This document shows, piece by piece, positions 24,663-34,500 of a stretch of DNA of 53,232 nucleotides. The first letter of the stretch is position 1, and the number at the start of each line of letters is the position of its first letter. The stretch spans positions 1 through 53,232 of IMG/VR virus record IMGVR_UViG_3300044615_001001; one strand, given 5' to 3'. This DNA comes from a virus. Lineage: Duplodnaviria > Caudoviricetes. Position numbers and translations under genes: made by a program. The notes below the pieces were generated by a model. The model searched no databases. It saw only the letters and a list, made by a program, of their open reading frames with translations, and was not told where the DNA came from.

Positions 24663-26012
24663 CTACGCGGCGAACGCGCCGCCGATGGGCACGACGGGCG
24701 GCACGATGGCGTCTAGGCTCGGGTCGTCATCCGCGCAGCCGACCTCGACGACGCGCAGATCGCCGACGATGTGACGCGCGGTGCTCTCCCACATGACCTG
24801 CGCTGGCCGCGAGCCGTGGATGCCATACGCGCCTTGTGCGTACGCGGCGGTCCCGCCGAGACAGCCGTTGACCACGATGTCGATCCCGTCGTCGAGCGCG
24901 GTGCGCAGTGGCACGTGGTAGTGGCCGAGAGCGAGCGCGCGGATCGGTGCCTCGCCCTGCGTCGCGCGTGCGCTGTTCCAGCGCCGCAGCTGGTCGGCGA
25001 TGCGGTGCGTGTGCACCGTGCGGCCCGGCTGGCCCGCGCTGATCACGGTGTCGCCGTGCGTGAGCGCGCCGATCGCGCCGCCTGGCGCGGTCCACGTCGC
25101 GTAGGGCGTGACCGGGATCGCGAACGTGACGCCCGAGTCGCGCGCGAAGACCGCCTCGAGCATGCGGTAGAGCACCGTGACCGCCCCGTCCCACTTGCTC
25201 GACACGGCGCGGCCCATCGAGTGCGGCCAGCGGCCGTGGTTGCCAGGCGTGCACACGACATCGACGCGCGAGAACGCTTCGCGCAGATAGGCGATCGTGT
25301 GCGTGAGGATCTGCCGAGCGCCGTCGAGCTGCGACGCGAGCGCGTCGTGGTCGCGTGACGGCCCGTGAATCTCGCCCTCGATGATGTCGCCGCCGAGCAG
25401 TAGGCGACACGTCGTCGCGCCTCGGTGCGCGGGCTTGTACGCCGCGGCCTCGCGCGCCACGTACGCGGTGCGCCTCGCAGCCTCGCGCCAGCCGTAGCGG
25501 CTGCCAGGCACCTCGCGCGAGTCGATGATCTGCCCGTAGTGCAGGTCCGACAGCAGCACGACGACCTCTCGCTCGCCGTCGTACGCTCGCGTGGCGGACG
25601 TGCGGCACGGCCCGCGTACGACACACGGCGTCGATGCGATGGCCTCGGAGAGACGCGTGGCGAGCGTGTCCGTCCAGTGCTCGCGGTCGCCAACGAGTCG
25701 CTCGAGGCGACGCGCGTGGAGCAGGTCGCGCTGCACACCTCGGCGCTCTCCGAGCTCGGCCGGCGAGGGCTGCTCGTCACCGCTCGGCGCGTCGAGCTCC
25801 ATCGCAGCGGCCGCCTTGGAACGCGCCCAGCCGCCGAGGGCTTCGTAGTCGCCGGAGCACGGCCAGTGCTCGTCGGTGTCGACGCGCGCGAGCGTCACGC
25901 GGTCGCGCGACATCTCGACGACGCGCTTGCCCGCGCGGTGCGCGGCCTCGACGACGCAGCCGATCACCCATGCGCGATGGGCAGCGGTGCCCTTGGTGGG
26001 TCGCTCGGTCAC
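24663..26012 (-). CDS. Calcineurin-like metallophosphoesterase
   Basis: SDLHYG, GGDIIEG, PGNHGR, THGD and LGHYH motifs. Confidence 0.88.
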   Translation of the reverse strand: MTERPTKGTAAHRAWVIGCVVEAAHRAGKRVVEMSRDRVTLARVDTDEHWPCSGDYEALGGWARSKAAAAMELDAPSGDEQPSPAELGERRGVQRDLLHARRLERLVGDREHWTDTLATRLSEAIASTPCVVRGPCRTSATRAYDGEREVVVLLSDLHYGQIIDSREVPGSRYGWREAARRTAYVAREAAAYKPAHRGATTCRLLLGGDIIEGEIHGPSRDHDALASQLDGARQILTHTIAYLREAFSRVDVVCTPGNHGRWPHSMGRAVSSKWDGAVTVLYRMLEAVFARDSGVTFAIPVTPYATWTAPGGAIGALTHGDTVISAGQPGRTVHTHRIADQLRRWNSARATQGEAPIRALALGHYHVPLRTALDDGIDIVVNGCLGGTAAYAQGAYGIHGSRPAQVMWESTARHIVGDLRVVEVGCADDDPSLDAIVPPVVPIGGAFAA

Positions 26013-26545
26013 GCGGGCACCTCGACGATGTGGATCGGCGCGCGCACTGACGGGCAATGACGGATCGCAGCTTGGATGGCCGCTCGTGCGCGGTGCCTTG
26101 GAGCCCCGCGCGTCGTCGTCAGCGAGCCGAGCGCGTAGGCCGCACCGCTGCCGATCGACGTGTAGCCGTGCGCGCTGCGGTAGACCGAGAAGTCCGGCTG
26201 CACGACCCATGCTTGCCCGCCGCACGCGACGAGCAGCAGCGAGCCGCTTGAGGGCGAGGACTCGCCGTCGGAGCCAGCCACGCGTGCCTCGATGGCAGCG
26301 GACCGCAGGCCCATCGCGAGCTGGCTCACGTAGTCGCGCGGCGAGTGCGCTCGCTTGCGCGACGGGATCTTGATGCCGCTCAGCCATGTCGTGATGAGCA
26401 CGCCGCCGCAGAAGCCGATCGCGATGCCGTCGCGCTCGCTGATCTTCGGCTCGGCCGACAGCTCCGCTGATTCCTCGTTGCCGATGAACGAGTCGCTGGC
26501 CATCACCACGCCACCCTCGTACTCCACCGCCACGATGCACGTCAT
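26009..26545 (-). CDS. Proteasome-beta/HslV-like Ntn peptidase
   Basis: M-TCIVA...VVMASDS (N-terminal Thr), K at about residue 33, IGFCG, SIGSGAAYALG. Confidence 0.8.
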   Translation of the reverse strand: MTCIVAVEYEGGVVMASDSFIGNEESAELSAEPKISERDGIAIGFCGGVLITTWLSGIKIPSRKRAHSPRDYVSQLAMGLRSAAIEARVAGSDGESSPSSGSLLLVACGGQAWVVQPDFSVYRSAHGYTSIGSGAAYALGSLTTTRGAPRHRARAAIQAAIRHCPSVRAPIHIVEVPA

Positions 26546-26724
26546 GCGTACGCCTCCCCCTGCGTGCGACACCACCACACGAGCGCGACCGTCTGCGACG
26601 CGGTGAGCGTCACGGCGTCGCCGTCGTCGTCATCGATCACGAGCGCGTACACGACCTCGGCAGCGGTGCGCGGGTCGTCGCGCATGCGACGCTTGGCCGC
26701 CGAGATGGCGCGGCGCGAGATCAC
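26542..26724 (-). CDS. Hypothetical protein
   Basis: GTGA-coupled ORF. Confidence 0.45.
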   Translation of the reverse strand: MISRRAISAAKRRMRDDPRTAAEVVYALVIDDDDGDAVTLTASQTVALVWWCRTQGEAYA

Positions 26725-26963
26725 GCCGACTCGCGCTGCGCGATGCGCAGGAGCACGAGGTACGCGATGCACTCGACCGTGAGGTCTTCGCCCGTGCTGC
26801 GATCGAAGCGCGCCAGGCGCATCGCAAGTGCGTCGCGCTCGTGCACCTCACGAAACAGTGTGGACACGTCGGCCACGCCGTCCCACGCCTCCAGCCTGCC
26901 CACGAGCAGCGCGCGCGTTTCCGCGAGCACTGCATCCACCATCTCCTCGCCACTCACGCCCAC
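26721..26963 (-). CDS. Hypothetical protein
   Basis: 80-aa ORF in the operon. Confidence 0.5.
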   Translation of the reverse strand: MGVSGEEMVDAVLAETRALLVGRLEAWDGVADVSTLFREVHERDALAMRLARFDRSTGEDLTVECIAYLVLLRIAQRESA

Positions 26964-27592
26964 GGTAGCCTCCTGTCAGCCACGGAGGGCGAACGCAGCT
27001 CGGGCGCATTGCGGTCGAGCCACGCGATCGCGGTGCGGCCCGCGTGCGACACGATGCCGCCTGCGACGATGGTAGGCGCGCGGCTCGCGAGGAAGCGGCG
27101 CAGGTACGCGACGTCGGCGTCACTCACGCCGTAGCCGTGCATCGACTCGGCGCGGACGCGCGGATACCAGTCCTCGATCGTGCCGTAGCGCCAGTGATGG
27201 AGCTCGAGATTGACGGCGTAGGCCTCGGCCTCGATGCGCGTGCGGCGCGCCTTGCTCACGAGGTAGTCGAAGCCGTGCGCAAGCGTGCTCGTTGCGTCTT
27301 GCTGGTGGATGCGCTCGCACTCGTGGGCGAGCACCTCGATCTGCTGCCAGCACGACCAGCGACCATCGACGCCGACGTCGAACGGCACGAGCACCGTGCG
27401 GCCGAGCGTGGTCACGTAGTTGTCGAGGAACGCGTCGCGGCTCTTCTGGATCTGCACCGTCGCGAGGAACGTCGCGGCGACCTCCATCGCGAGATCGCCG
27501 CGCTTGGGCTTCACGCTCGCGCCGTACTGCTCGCACATGACGCGATAGAAGGCGCGCACCGTGTCCGGCGAGATGTCCGAGTCAGCGATCAC
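26954..27592 (-). CDS. Zincin-like (metallopeptidase-fold) protein with variant motif
   Basis: TTLGRTV, LAHECERIHQ, EAEAY. Confidence 0.55.
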   Translation of the reverse strand: MIADSDISPDTVRAFYRVMCEQYGASVKPKRGDLAMEVAATFLATVQIQKSRDAFLDNYVTTLGRTVLVPFDVGVDGRWSCWQQIEVLAHECERIHQQDATSTLAHGFDYLVSKARRTRIEAEAYAVNLELHHWRYGTIEDWYPRVRAESMHGYGVSDADVAYLRRFLASRAPTIVAGGIVSHAGRTAIAWLDRNAPELRSPSVADRRLPWA

Positions 27593-27695
27593 GCGGCCCT
27601 CCTGTCAGCGCGAGAGCGACGAGCGCGCCGATGACCGACGCGACGCCGCCGAGATAGCCCGCGGCGAGCAGGCCGAGGGCAGCGAGCGCGGTCAC
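27582..27695 (-). CDS. 37-aa hydrophobic membrane peptide
   Basis: Read manually: VTALAALGLLAAGYLGGVASVIGALVALAL; GTGA coupling. Confidence 0.45.
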   Translation of the reverse strand: MTALAALGLLAAGYLGGVASVIGALVALALTGGPRDR

Positions 27696-27910
27696 GGCGT
27701 CACCGCGTCGAGCCACGCGCCGAAGTCCGCGCGCTCGTCATCGGTGAGCGCCGGCACGAACCCAGCGCCGGTGCGTTTGCGCCCGCGCGACGCAGCCCAC
27801 TCGTTCCACCGAGCGTTGATCCACACGATGTACGAGGCGTTCCCGCTGCGCTCCAGTTCGGCACGCCACCCGGTGGTCGCGCGCACGTACGCGGCGAAAT
27901 ACGGCTGCAT
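27692..27910 (-). CDS. Hypothetical protein
   Basis: MQPYFAAY...YIVWINARWNEW. Confidence 0.55.
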   Translation of the reverse strand: MQPYFAAYVRATTGWRAELERSGNASYIVWINARWNEWAASRGRKRTGAGFVPALTDDERADFGAWLDAVTP

Positions 27911-28164
27911 CACGGCCGCTCCGGCAGACACGCCGTCACGACCTCGCCAGCCGAGACGGTCTCGCTGCACGCCCACTCGCCGCCGCTCGTGAGCGCGTCG
28001 CAGTCGGACACGAGCGTCCACTGGCCGCGCGAGTTGCAGAGCTCGACGCGCGAGCCTGAACACCTCGACGCCAGCGTCTGGCAGACGGGCGCAGGGCAGC
28101 CCGTGCACAGCCAGCCGATGACGAACGCCACGGTGAGCGACACCACGAGATCGCCGCGCGTCAC
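27910..28164 (-). CDS. Small Cys-rich lipoprotein
   Basis: Hydrophobic signal with LCTGC lipobox; several further Cys. Confidence 0.6.
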   Translation of the reverse strand: MTRGDLVVSLTVAFVIGWLCTGCPAPVCQTLASRCSGSRVELCNSRGQWTLVSDCDALTSGGEWACSETVSAGEVVTACLPERP

Positions 28165-28349
28165 GACCGACGCTCGAGGCCAACGAAGACGCCGACGAGA
28201 TGCACCTCGCCCGTCTCCGGATCCTCGAACTCGCGTGCCTCGTAGACGGCATCGCGCGCGCCCGATGCGATGCGCACGCGGTCGCCTGCCTGGGTGACCT
28301 CGGCCGTGGTGCCGCCGTGGTCGCCGCCCGTGAGAGTGATGGTGATCAT
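28161..28349 (-). CDS. Hypothetical protein
   Basis: ATGA-coupled MITITLTGGDHGG. Confidence 0.5.
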   Translation of the reverse strand: MITITLTGGDHGGTTAEVTQAGDRVRIASGARDAVYEAREFEDPETGEVHLVGVFVGLERRS

Positions 28350-29788
28350 TCCAGGTAACCCTCGATGACCGCGACGCCACGGATGATCTCGGATGCCGTC
28401 GCGGTTCCCACCGGCATCTTGAGCGCCAGGTGGAACACCTGACCCGACTCGACCACGAAGGGCGTATCCGTCTGCCACTGCACGGGCGCGACGTTCGCGC
28501 CGATCGCCGCGCCGACGGGGATCGACTGCGACCCGATCGGCTTGCGGAAGCTGTTCGCGGCGAGCGTGACGGCCGCGGCGCGACCGAGGAACCACTGCAG
28601 CAACGTGGGCGTCGTCGCGCTTGCGGCGCCCATGACCCACGTGTCGATCTTCACGCCCGTCACGCACAGGGTCATGCCCGTAGGCACCGTGAAGGCGAAG
28701 AGAGCGTAGTCGGTCTCCGCGCCGGCCACGGCAGCGAACTGCCACTGGCCGCCAAGCGTCGTGTAGCCGGCCGCGGTGTTCGAGAGCGTTGCGCTCGCAG
28801 GCGCGGCGCTGTTCGCGTGGTTTGCGAGCTGCGCACCGCTCGTGGGATTGAGCAGCGTCGAGCGCCCCGCGCGCGCGAGGGCGTGCTGGAAGAGACGGCC
28901 CTCGTCGATGTCCTGCTGCATCACCGCCACCTCTGAGTAGAAGAGACGGTTTGCAGTCGCAGGAGCCGTCACGTTCAAGACGCGCAGCAGCAAGGGAAGT
29001 GCGCGCTGCGAGGTGTGCCGGATCTGCGTCTGCGTGTACGAGAGCGTGGCGTCGAGCACGGGCCCGGTCGCTGTCGACCCGTTGCTGTCCCACATCACGA
29101 CGCGGAAGGCGTCGTCCAGCCAGTAGAGATCGAGGTCGTACCAGTACGTCGGCTTGACGTTGGCCGGGCCCGCACCCATCGAGACGCCGGTCGAGAGCGT
29201 CGCCGTGTCCGCGCTGCTCGTCACGTAGACGAGCTCGAGCGCGCCCGACGTGGTGACGCGCAGGCACACGCCATCGACCAGCTGCTCGGTCGTTCCGCTC
29301 GCGGTGGCGAAGCCGACCTGCATCACCGACCCGGCAGCGTTCCAGTCGAATCGCGTCCGAATGCTGTGCCGCAGCACTCCCTCGCGCGGCTTCACGAACC
29401 GCGCGACCGACGTGTGCGCGGCCACCGTGGTTGCCGTGGTCGTGTTGTTCGCGTTCAGCGTGACGACGCCAGGCGAGGCCTGCGTGATCGTCATCGTGGT
29501 CGTGGTCTGTGTCCACTGCTGGGTATTCACGGCCGCGCCGTCGACCGGATCCCAGAAGAGAAGCCCGTTGACCCGCGAGAGCGCGAGTCCGCCGAGGCTG
29601 CCCACTCGCAGCGGGCGCACGACGTCTTCCTCATAGCCGGCGAGCGGCATGCCGCGCTTGGTTGCGACGAGGTCGCCGCTCTCGACGACGCACGGCTCGC
29701 CATCGGTGCCGACGATCACTGCGTGCAGGCCACCAGCGGTGCCCTCGAGCGCCGTGCCACCGTTGCTGAATCCGACCTCAATCGACAT
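28346..29788 (-). CDS. Putative virion/tail-fibre-associated protein
   Basis: 480 aa, T/A/V-rich beta-type composition, next to the collagen-like gene. Confidence 0.7.
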   Translation of the reverse strand: MSIEVGFSNGGTALEGTAGGLHAVIVGTDGEPCVVESGDLVATKRGMPLAGYEEDVVRPLRVGSLGGLALSRVNGLLFWDPVDGAAVNTQQWTQTTTTMTITQASPGVVTLNANNTTTATTVAAHTSVARFVKPREGVLRHSIRTRFDWNAAGSVMQVGFATASGTTEQLVDGVCLRVTTSGALELVYVTSSADTATLSTGVSMGAGPANVKPTYWYDLDLYWLDDAFRVVMWDSNGSTATGPVLDATLSYTQTQIRHTSQRALPLLLRVLNVTAPATANRLFYSEVAVMQQDIDEGRLFQHALARAGRSTLLNPTSGAQLANHANSAAPASATLSNTAAGYTTLGGQWQFAAVAGAETDYALFAFTVPTGMTLCVTGVKIDTWVMGAASATTPTLLQWFLGRAAAVTLAANSFRKPIGSQSIPVGAAIGANVAPVQWQTDTPFVVESGQVFHLALKMPVGTATASEIIRGVAVIEGYLE

Positions 29789-29797
29789 GACGACTCC

Positions 29798-30682
29798 TCA
29801 GGTGAGCTGGATCCAATCGACGTAGAAGAAGCCGCTCGCGACTCCACGCCGACACGCGACGCGAAGATTGAAGCCAACGCCGGCCGTGACCGGGCCGACG
29901 CGCACTTCGAGCTCCTCGACGAAAGCCTCGTCCGCGCTGTGGCTGGCAGTCGCCACGGCAGGCACGGACGCGATGATGCGCGATGTTGTGGTGACGGTCG
30001 GGCTCGAGACGGTCACCGTCGCATCGCGACGACGAGTGCCGAAGTCCACGGTCTCGCGCCCGCGAATGGGCGGGTTGGTCCATGCGATGTCGTAGTCAGT
30101 GCCACTCGCCTTGACCGGCAGCTGACCAGTAGTACCGCCAACAGGCACGCCGGGCCCTGCCGGGCCGGTTGCGCCAGTGGGACCTGCCGGTCCTGTTGCG
30201 CCGGTCGGACCAGCGGGCCCTGTCGCGCCCGTCGCGCCCGTGGCGCCTGTCGGTCCAGGGTCGCCCTGCGGCCCTTGCGGACCAGTCGCGCCTGCCGGTC
30301 CGGTGTCGCCTTGTGGACCCTGCGGGCCAGCGGCTCCGGTGGGACCGGCGGGGCCGGTGGCTCCGGCAGGGCCAGTGTCGCCCGCGGGGCCCTGCGACCC
30401 GGTCGCGCCAGTCGGGCCCGCGGGACCAGTGGCACCCGTCGCTCCGGTCGCGCCTGTGGGCCCCTGAGAGCCGACGAGCGAGGCGAGCCATGCGGCCTCG
30501 TCGCCAACGAAGCCCTCGGCAACAGCCAGCTCGTACGCGCTTTGTCCCGCGGGGCCCTGCGGGCCAGTGCCGCCGAGCGAGAGCGCGAGCTCGACGTCGG
30601 CGCGCGTGACGTCGATCTCACCTCCGTTGACGGTGGTGAGCGTGACGCGCGGCGCGCTGTCCTGCGTGAGTGTGACCCTCAC
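29798..30682 (-). CDS. Collagen-like repeat tail-fibre protein
   Basis: [22 protein letters not shown] followed by a long Gly-X-Y repeat. Confidence 0.9.
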   Translation of the reverse strand: MRVTLTQDSAPRVTLTTVNGGEIDVTRADVELALSLGGTGPQGPAGQSAYELAVAEGFVGDEAAWLASLVGSQGPTGATGATGATGPAGPTGATGSQGPAGDTGPAGATGPAGPTGAAGPQGPQGDTGPAGATGPQGPQGDPGPTGATGATGATGPAGPTGATGPAGPTGATGPAGPGVPVGGTTGQLPVKASGTDYDIAWTNPPIRGRETVDFGTRRRDATVTVSSPTVTTTSRIIASVPAVATASHSADEAFVEELEVRVGPVTAGVGFNLRVACRRGVASGFFYVDWIQLT

Positions 30683-31005
30683 GACGTCGTGATCCTCGGC
30701 ACCACCTCGACGAGCACCGTCTCGGTGTGGATCACGGTGGATCCAATGCTGAATCGGAGATCGAAGACGACGTTTCCCGTCCAGTCGACGGTGGTCGACG
30801 CGGGGACCGAGAGAGTGAACTCGCCCGGATCGGTGCCCTGGTCAGCCAGCGTGACGGTCGCGGTGCCAGCGAGCGTGAGCGCGTTTCCGGCGCGAAACTG
30901 ACTCGTGACCGTGTAGCCCGTGAGATTGATCGGAGTGCCGGCGCTGGTCCTCGAGACACCCGAGAAGCTCAGCGTCGCCCCCGCCTTGTGCCTGAAGGAC
31001 AGCAT
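30679..31005 (-). CDS. Ig-like/BppU-type fibre adaptor protein
   Basis: [14 protein letters not shown]...VFDL motif. Confidence 0.65.
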   Translation of the reverse strand: MLSFRHKAGATLSFSGVSRTSAGTPINLTGYTVTSQFRAGNALTLAGTATVTLADQGTDPGEFTLSVPASTTVDWTGNVVFDLRFSIGSTVIHTETVLVEVVPRITTS

Positions 31006-31008
31006 ACT

Positions 31009-31233
31009 TCACTCCTCTCCGGCGAACGGGCTCGGAGGCGGCGCAGCGCCGAAGATTCGGTCCATCTCCGCACTGGCCGCACCGGCCGCGGGGAGGTGCG
31101 CGTTGCCGCGTGCGATGAGGCTCTCGATGGTGTCGCGCTCACTCGGCGTGAGGAGCGCGAGCATCTCGGGCGCGGCACGCACAAGAGCCGCGAGGATGTT
31201 GCCGGCGAGCTGCACAGCGGATTCGGGACTCAC
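31009..31233 (-). CDS. Hypothetical protein (lysis region)
   Basis: GTGA-coupled ORF. Confidence 0.5.
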   Translation of the reverse strand: MSPESAVQLAGNILAALVRAAPEMLALLTPSERDTIESLIARGNAHLPAAGAASAEMDRIFGAAPPPSPFAGEE

Positions 31234-31952
31234 TGCGCACCTCCGATCGCGCCGCTCACCCATGCGGGCAGTGCGGGCAGCGAGAGGCCGACGTCGGCGA
31301 GACGCGCTCCGAGCGACGCCCATGCGGACGCCGCGAGAGACAACGCGACCATGAGCGAGCCCATCACGTCGCCACTGTCAGCGAGAGCGGCCGCGCGGAT
31401 CACGCCCTCGTACGTCGCCACCGCGTCGCGCGTTGCGTCCTGCGCGAGCGCAGCTGCGCGACACTCGCTCTCAGCGTCGGCGAGACACGAGGCCTCGCCA
31501 GCGCACGCGTCACGCGCCGAGGTGCACGCGGCCACGAGGGACGCCTGCGACGCCTCGAGCGTGACCGCGGCGAAAGCGTACACGCGCGCGTGAGTCGCGA
31601 GCGCGGACGGTCCGCAGCCAGCCAGTGCACCAGCCAGCACGACGGCCACGACGGGCGCGATCGTGCGCTGTAGGTGCGACTCGTCGAGCTCCTCGAGCGG
31701 GTCAGGGTCGCTCCCGTTCGCGTGCGGCGGAGGCGGAGGCGCGGGCGGTCGCTGCTGCTGCGCCGAGAGAAGCGCGCGCATGAGCGAGAGCACCACGCCG
31801 CCGACAGCGGCCACGCCGGTCAGCAGGTCGGCGCGCTGCTCAGGCGACGACAGCGCCCACACGCCGAAGAGTGCGGCGAAGAGGGCACACAACACGATGG
31901 CGGTCGGCCACTCGATGCGCGGTGCGCGGATGGGCGGTAGAGGCGGCATCAT
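31230..31952 (-). CDS. Multi-TM protein with internal lipobox; holin/spanin candidate
   Basis: Two N-terminal TMs, Pro-rich linker, VVAVVLAGALAGC, C-terminal hydrophobic helix. Confidence 0.5.
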   Translation of the reverse strand: MMPPLPPIRAPRIEWPTAIVLCALFAALFGVWALSSPEQRADLLTGVAAVGGVVLSLMRALLSAQQQRPPAPPPPPHANGSDPDPLEELDESHLQRTIAPVVAVVLAGALAGCGPSALATHARVYAFAAVTLEASQASLVAACTSARDACAGEASCLADAESECRAAALAQDATRDAVATYEGVIRAAALADSGDVMGSLMVALSLAASAWASLGARLADVGLSLPALPAWVSGAIGGAQ

Positions 31953-32296
31953 GACTGTTCCTTCTCATCGATGAGCTGCTGAGTGAGCGACCGATGTCGC
32001 CCGGTGTCGTCGCGCCTCGCGATGCGGATCGGCGCGGGGATGACTCGTCCCGTGGAGATTGCGTCTCGGAGCGATTCGTTTTCCTCGACGAGCGCGTCCG
32101 CCCGGCGCTCGGCCACACGAAGGCTCGCTTCGAGCTCAACGACGCGGGCCTCGAGCCTGTCGACGCGATCGAGCAGCGCGCGCACGAGCGCGGCACTCGC
32201 ATCGGCGCGCTTGCGCAACACGTACGCGACCGCGTTGATGAGCGCGGCGACCGCGAGCGCGATCGTCGACCAGTTCTCCGCAGACAGCGCGTCCAT
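31949..32296 (-). CDS. TM + coiled-coil protein (lysis cassette)
   Basis: IALAVAALINAVAYVL followed by a heptad region. Confidence 0.6.
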   Translation of the reverse strand: MDALSAENWSTIALAVAALINAVAYVLRKRADASAALVRALLDRVDRLEARVVELEASLRVAERRADALVEENESLRDAISTGRVIPAPIRIARRDDTGRHRSLTQQLIDEKEQS

Positions 32297-33033
32297 CACA
32301 GCCCCCCGAGGTACGCCTCGAGCGCGGTGCGCTGAGTCGTCGTTGCGACCGCGTGCGCCATCACAGCGCCCTTGATCTTGCCGTCCCAATACTGGCCGTC
32401 GGGGCCTGAGAAGCAGCCGAGCGAGAGCGTGTTGCTCGACGCCGGTACGGTGGTCGGGATCGTGCCGGTGAAGGTCACCGACTGAGACACGCCATCGATC
32501 CACAGCCGCAGCTTGTCGGCATTCGTCGCGCCGCCGCCATCGAACACCCACACATACGTGCGCTCGGTGGACGCAGCGATGGCCGAGGCGACCTCACCGA
32601 AGTTGGTGCCCGGCGTGCCGAGGTGCATCCGAAGCGCGGTGCCGTTGGTCTGCACTGACCACGATCCGCTCGTGCTCTGAGAGCGCGCGAACGGAACGCG
32701 GTTGCCCGTGGCAACGTCTGGCGTCACGCGCAGCGCGATGGTCAGCGCCGCGCCACTCGCGAGCGACCCGTTGCTCGCGCACGCGAGGTTGTCGTCGCTG
32801 CCGTCGAAGTCGATTCCGGTCGCGCCCTGAATCGGCTGCTGAAGGGACGTGCCGTTGATGACGTCGTTGCCATTGCGCGAGTGATCGCGCGCGAGCACGA
32901 CCTGCGCCCCGGTGCCCAGCACCACCCTGCGGCGATGATCGAACGCGGCAACGAGCGAGCTGCCGAAGATCGTCACGGGCGGAATCGGCGGCAACGTGCC
33001 GTTTGCACGACGACCGCGCAGACCGCGACGCAT
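32296..33033 (-). CDS. LamG/concanavalin-A-like domain protein (paralog 1)
   Basis: DHSRNGN, FDGSDD, LWIDG, WDGKI motifs. Confidence 0.8.
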   Translation of the reverse strand: MRRGLRGRRANGTLPPIPPVTIFGSSLVAAFDHRRRVVLGTGAQVVLARDHSRNGNDVINGTSLQQPIQGATGIDFDGSDDNLACASNGSLASGAALTIALRVTPDVATGNRVPFARSQSTSGSWSVQTNGTALRMHLGTPGTNFGEVASAIAASTERTYVWVFDGGGATNADKLRLWIDGVSQSVTFTGTIPTTVPASSNTLSLGCFSGPDGQYWDGKIKGAVMAHAVATTTQRTALEAYLGGL

Positions 33034-33416
33034 CACCCGAGCCCCGTCGCGTGCATGATGCGCACGACGCCCGACGCGGCCTCGCACTGGAGCGCGAGGT
33101 GCGTGGAGTCTGCGGGAATGCGGACGTGCACGTATCCCTCGCCGTCGGCGACGCTGATGTGCGGTGCGTTTGCCGCCGCCGTCGAGGCCGGAGGCGTGCC
33201 GGTGTTGCGCGTGGTGCGGTCGACGGTCATGAGTGCCGACGTGCCGAATCGGACGTGCGCGCGCGTGCCGCCGCCGTCGAGACGGATGGTCATGTACGAG
33301 CCCGCCGAGAGGCCGAGTCCCGACAGCGTGTACGCCACGCTCGACGTGCCGCCATCGATCGCGTTTGGCGTGCCAGGCGTGAAGTCGCTGGCCTGCCGCT
33401 CAGTCTTGCTGCTCAT
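33033..33416 (-). CDS. Hypothetical virion-associated protein
   Basis: 127-aa ORF in the tail region. Confidence 0.6.
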   Translation of the reverse strand: MSSKTERQASDFTPGTPNAIDGGTSSVAYTLSGLGLSAGSYMTIRLDGGGTRAHVRFGTSALMTVDRTTRNTGTPPASTAAANAPHISVADGEGYVHVRIPADSTHLALQCEAASGVVRIMHATGLG

Positions 33417-33426
33417 GTGTCCCCCG

Positions 33427-34491
33427 TCAGGTCGCGACTCGCGACTCGTAGATCACCAGGCCCTCGAGAGAGCCCGTCTTGATGCCAGGCCCCGTGACGC
33501 GCGTCTCCACGGTCACGATCTCGTCGGTGCTCGACCGTCGGCCGTCGCTCGTCGAGAGGTCTTCGGCGTACACGTCGAGCGCGACGTGCGTGCTCCACGT
33601 GCCCGACGTCGTGGCCGTAACTGTGGCCGTCGCGGTGTCGCCGGATGTTGCCGTGAAGCGCACCTCGAGCGTGTCGCCGCTCGCCGTGACTCTGCCAGTG
33701 GCCGCGACGTACACGCGCCGCAGCGTCTCGCCGATGTACCGGTGCGACGCCTGGATGGTCGGGCCCTCGTCGAAGACTGCGGCCCACGCGCTCGTTGCAG
33801 CGACGCCCTGCCCCTGTGGTCGCGCCCACGCGAAGAGGTGGCGGTCCGTGTAGCTGTGCAGCGTGGTGTCGTTCTGATCGCGCATGAGCGCGACGACGCC
33901 GCCGAGTGACGTGTAGTCGATGCTGCTCGCGATCGGCCAGTCGGGCGCGAGCGTCGCGATGTCAACGGGCGCGTCGTTCGCGTCGAACTCCAGCGCGGCG
34001 CGTCCGAGTGCGGTGCACTGGATGCCATCGACGTAGACGCTGCCGCCGTTCGAGTCCGTGCGCTGAAACGTGAACGTCCGCGCCGCGGCGAGGTCGCTCG
34101 TGTCAGTCGTCCCCGTCAGCGTCTCGGTGTGCTGACGCCACGTCACGCGCGGGAGCTCAGCCGCATCGAACGGCATCACGGTGTGCGTCGAGGTGCCGCC
34201 CGTTGGGTCGGTGAAGACCACGGTCGCGACGGCCGTCGTCGAGCGCAGTGCGAACCGCCACTCGAAATGGCGCATCCACGACGTGCGCTGCACGGGGATC
34301 GTGTACGTGTGCGTGGTGCTCGCCGGAAGCGCGTAGTCGAGCGCCGCGCACGGGATGAGCACGCGCGAGTGGCCGCGCAGGTAGACGAGCCCCTCGCCGA
34401 TGGAGCGGATCTGGTGCGCTCGCACGGGCTTGCCAGACGCGATCCCGGTGCGCGCCGGGAAGGAAAAGCGCACCGGTACAGTCGTGGGCAT
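33427..34491 (-). CDS. Putative minor tail protein
   Basis: 354-aa Thr-rich ORF with GGAGG RBS. Confidence 0.65.
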   Translation of the reverse strand: MPTTVPVRFSFPARTGIASGKPVRAHQIRSIGEGLVYLRGHSRVLIPCAALDYALPASTTHTYTIPVQRTSWMRHFEWRFALRSTTAVATVVFTDPTGGTSTHTVMPFDAAELPRVTWRQHTETLTGTTDTSDLAAARTFTFQRTDSNGGSVYVDGIQCTALGRAALEFDANDAPVDIATLAPDWPIASSIDYTSLGGVVALMRDQNDTTLHSYTDRHLFAWARPQGQGVAATSAWAAVFDEGPTIQASHRYIGETLRRVYVAATGRVTASGDTLEVRFTATSGDTATATVTATTSGTWSTHVALDVYAEDLSTSDGRRSSTDEIVTVETRVTGPGIKTGSLEGLVIYESRVAT

Positions 34492-34500
34492 CGCGCCTCC

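Noticed and set aside
30150-30470. DNA-level tandem repeat element
   Set aside because: Explained by the collagen Gly-X-Y coding repeat.
29015-30901. 628-aa + strand ORF
   Set aside because: Antisense shadow of GC-rich tail genes with no recognisable motifs.
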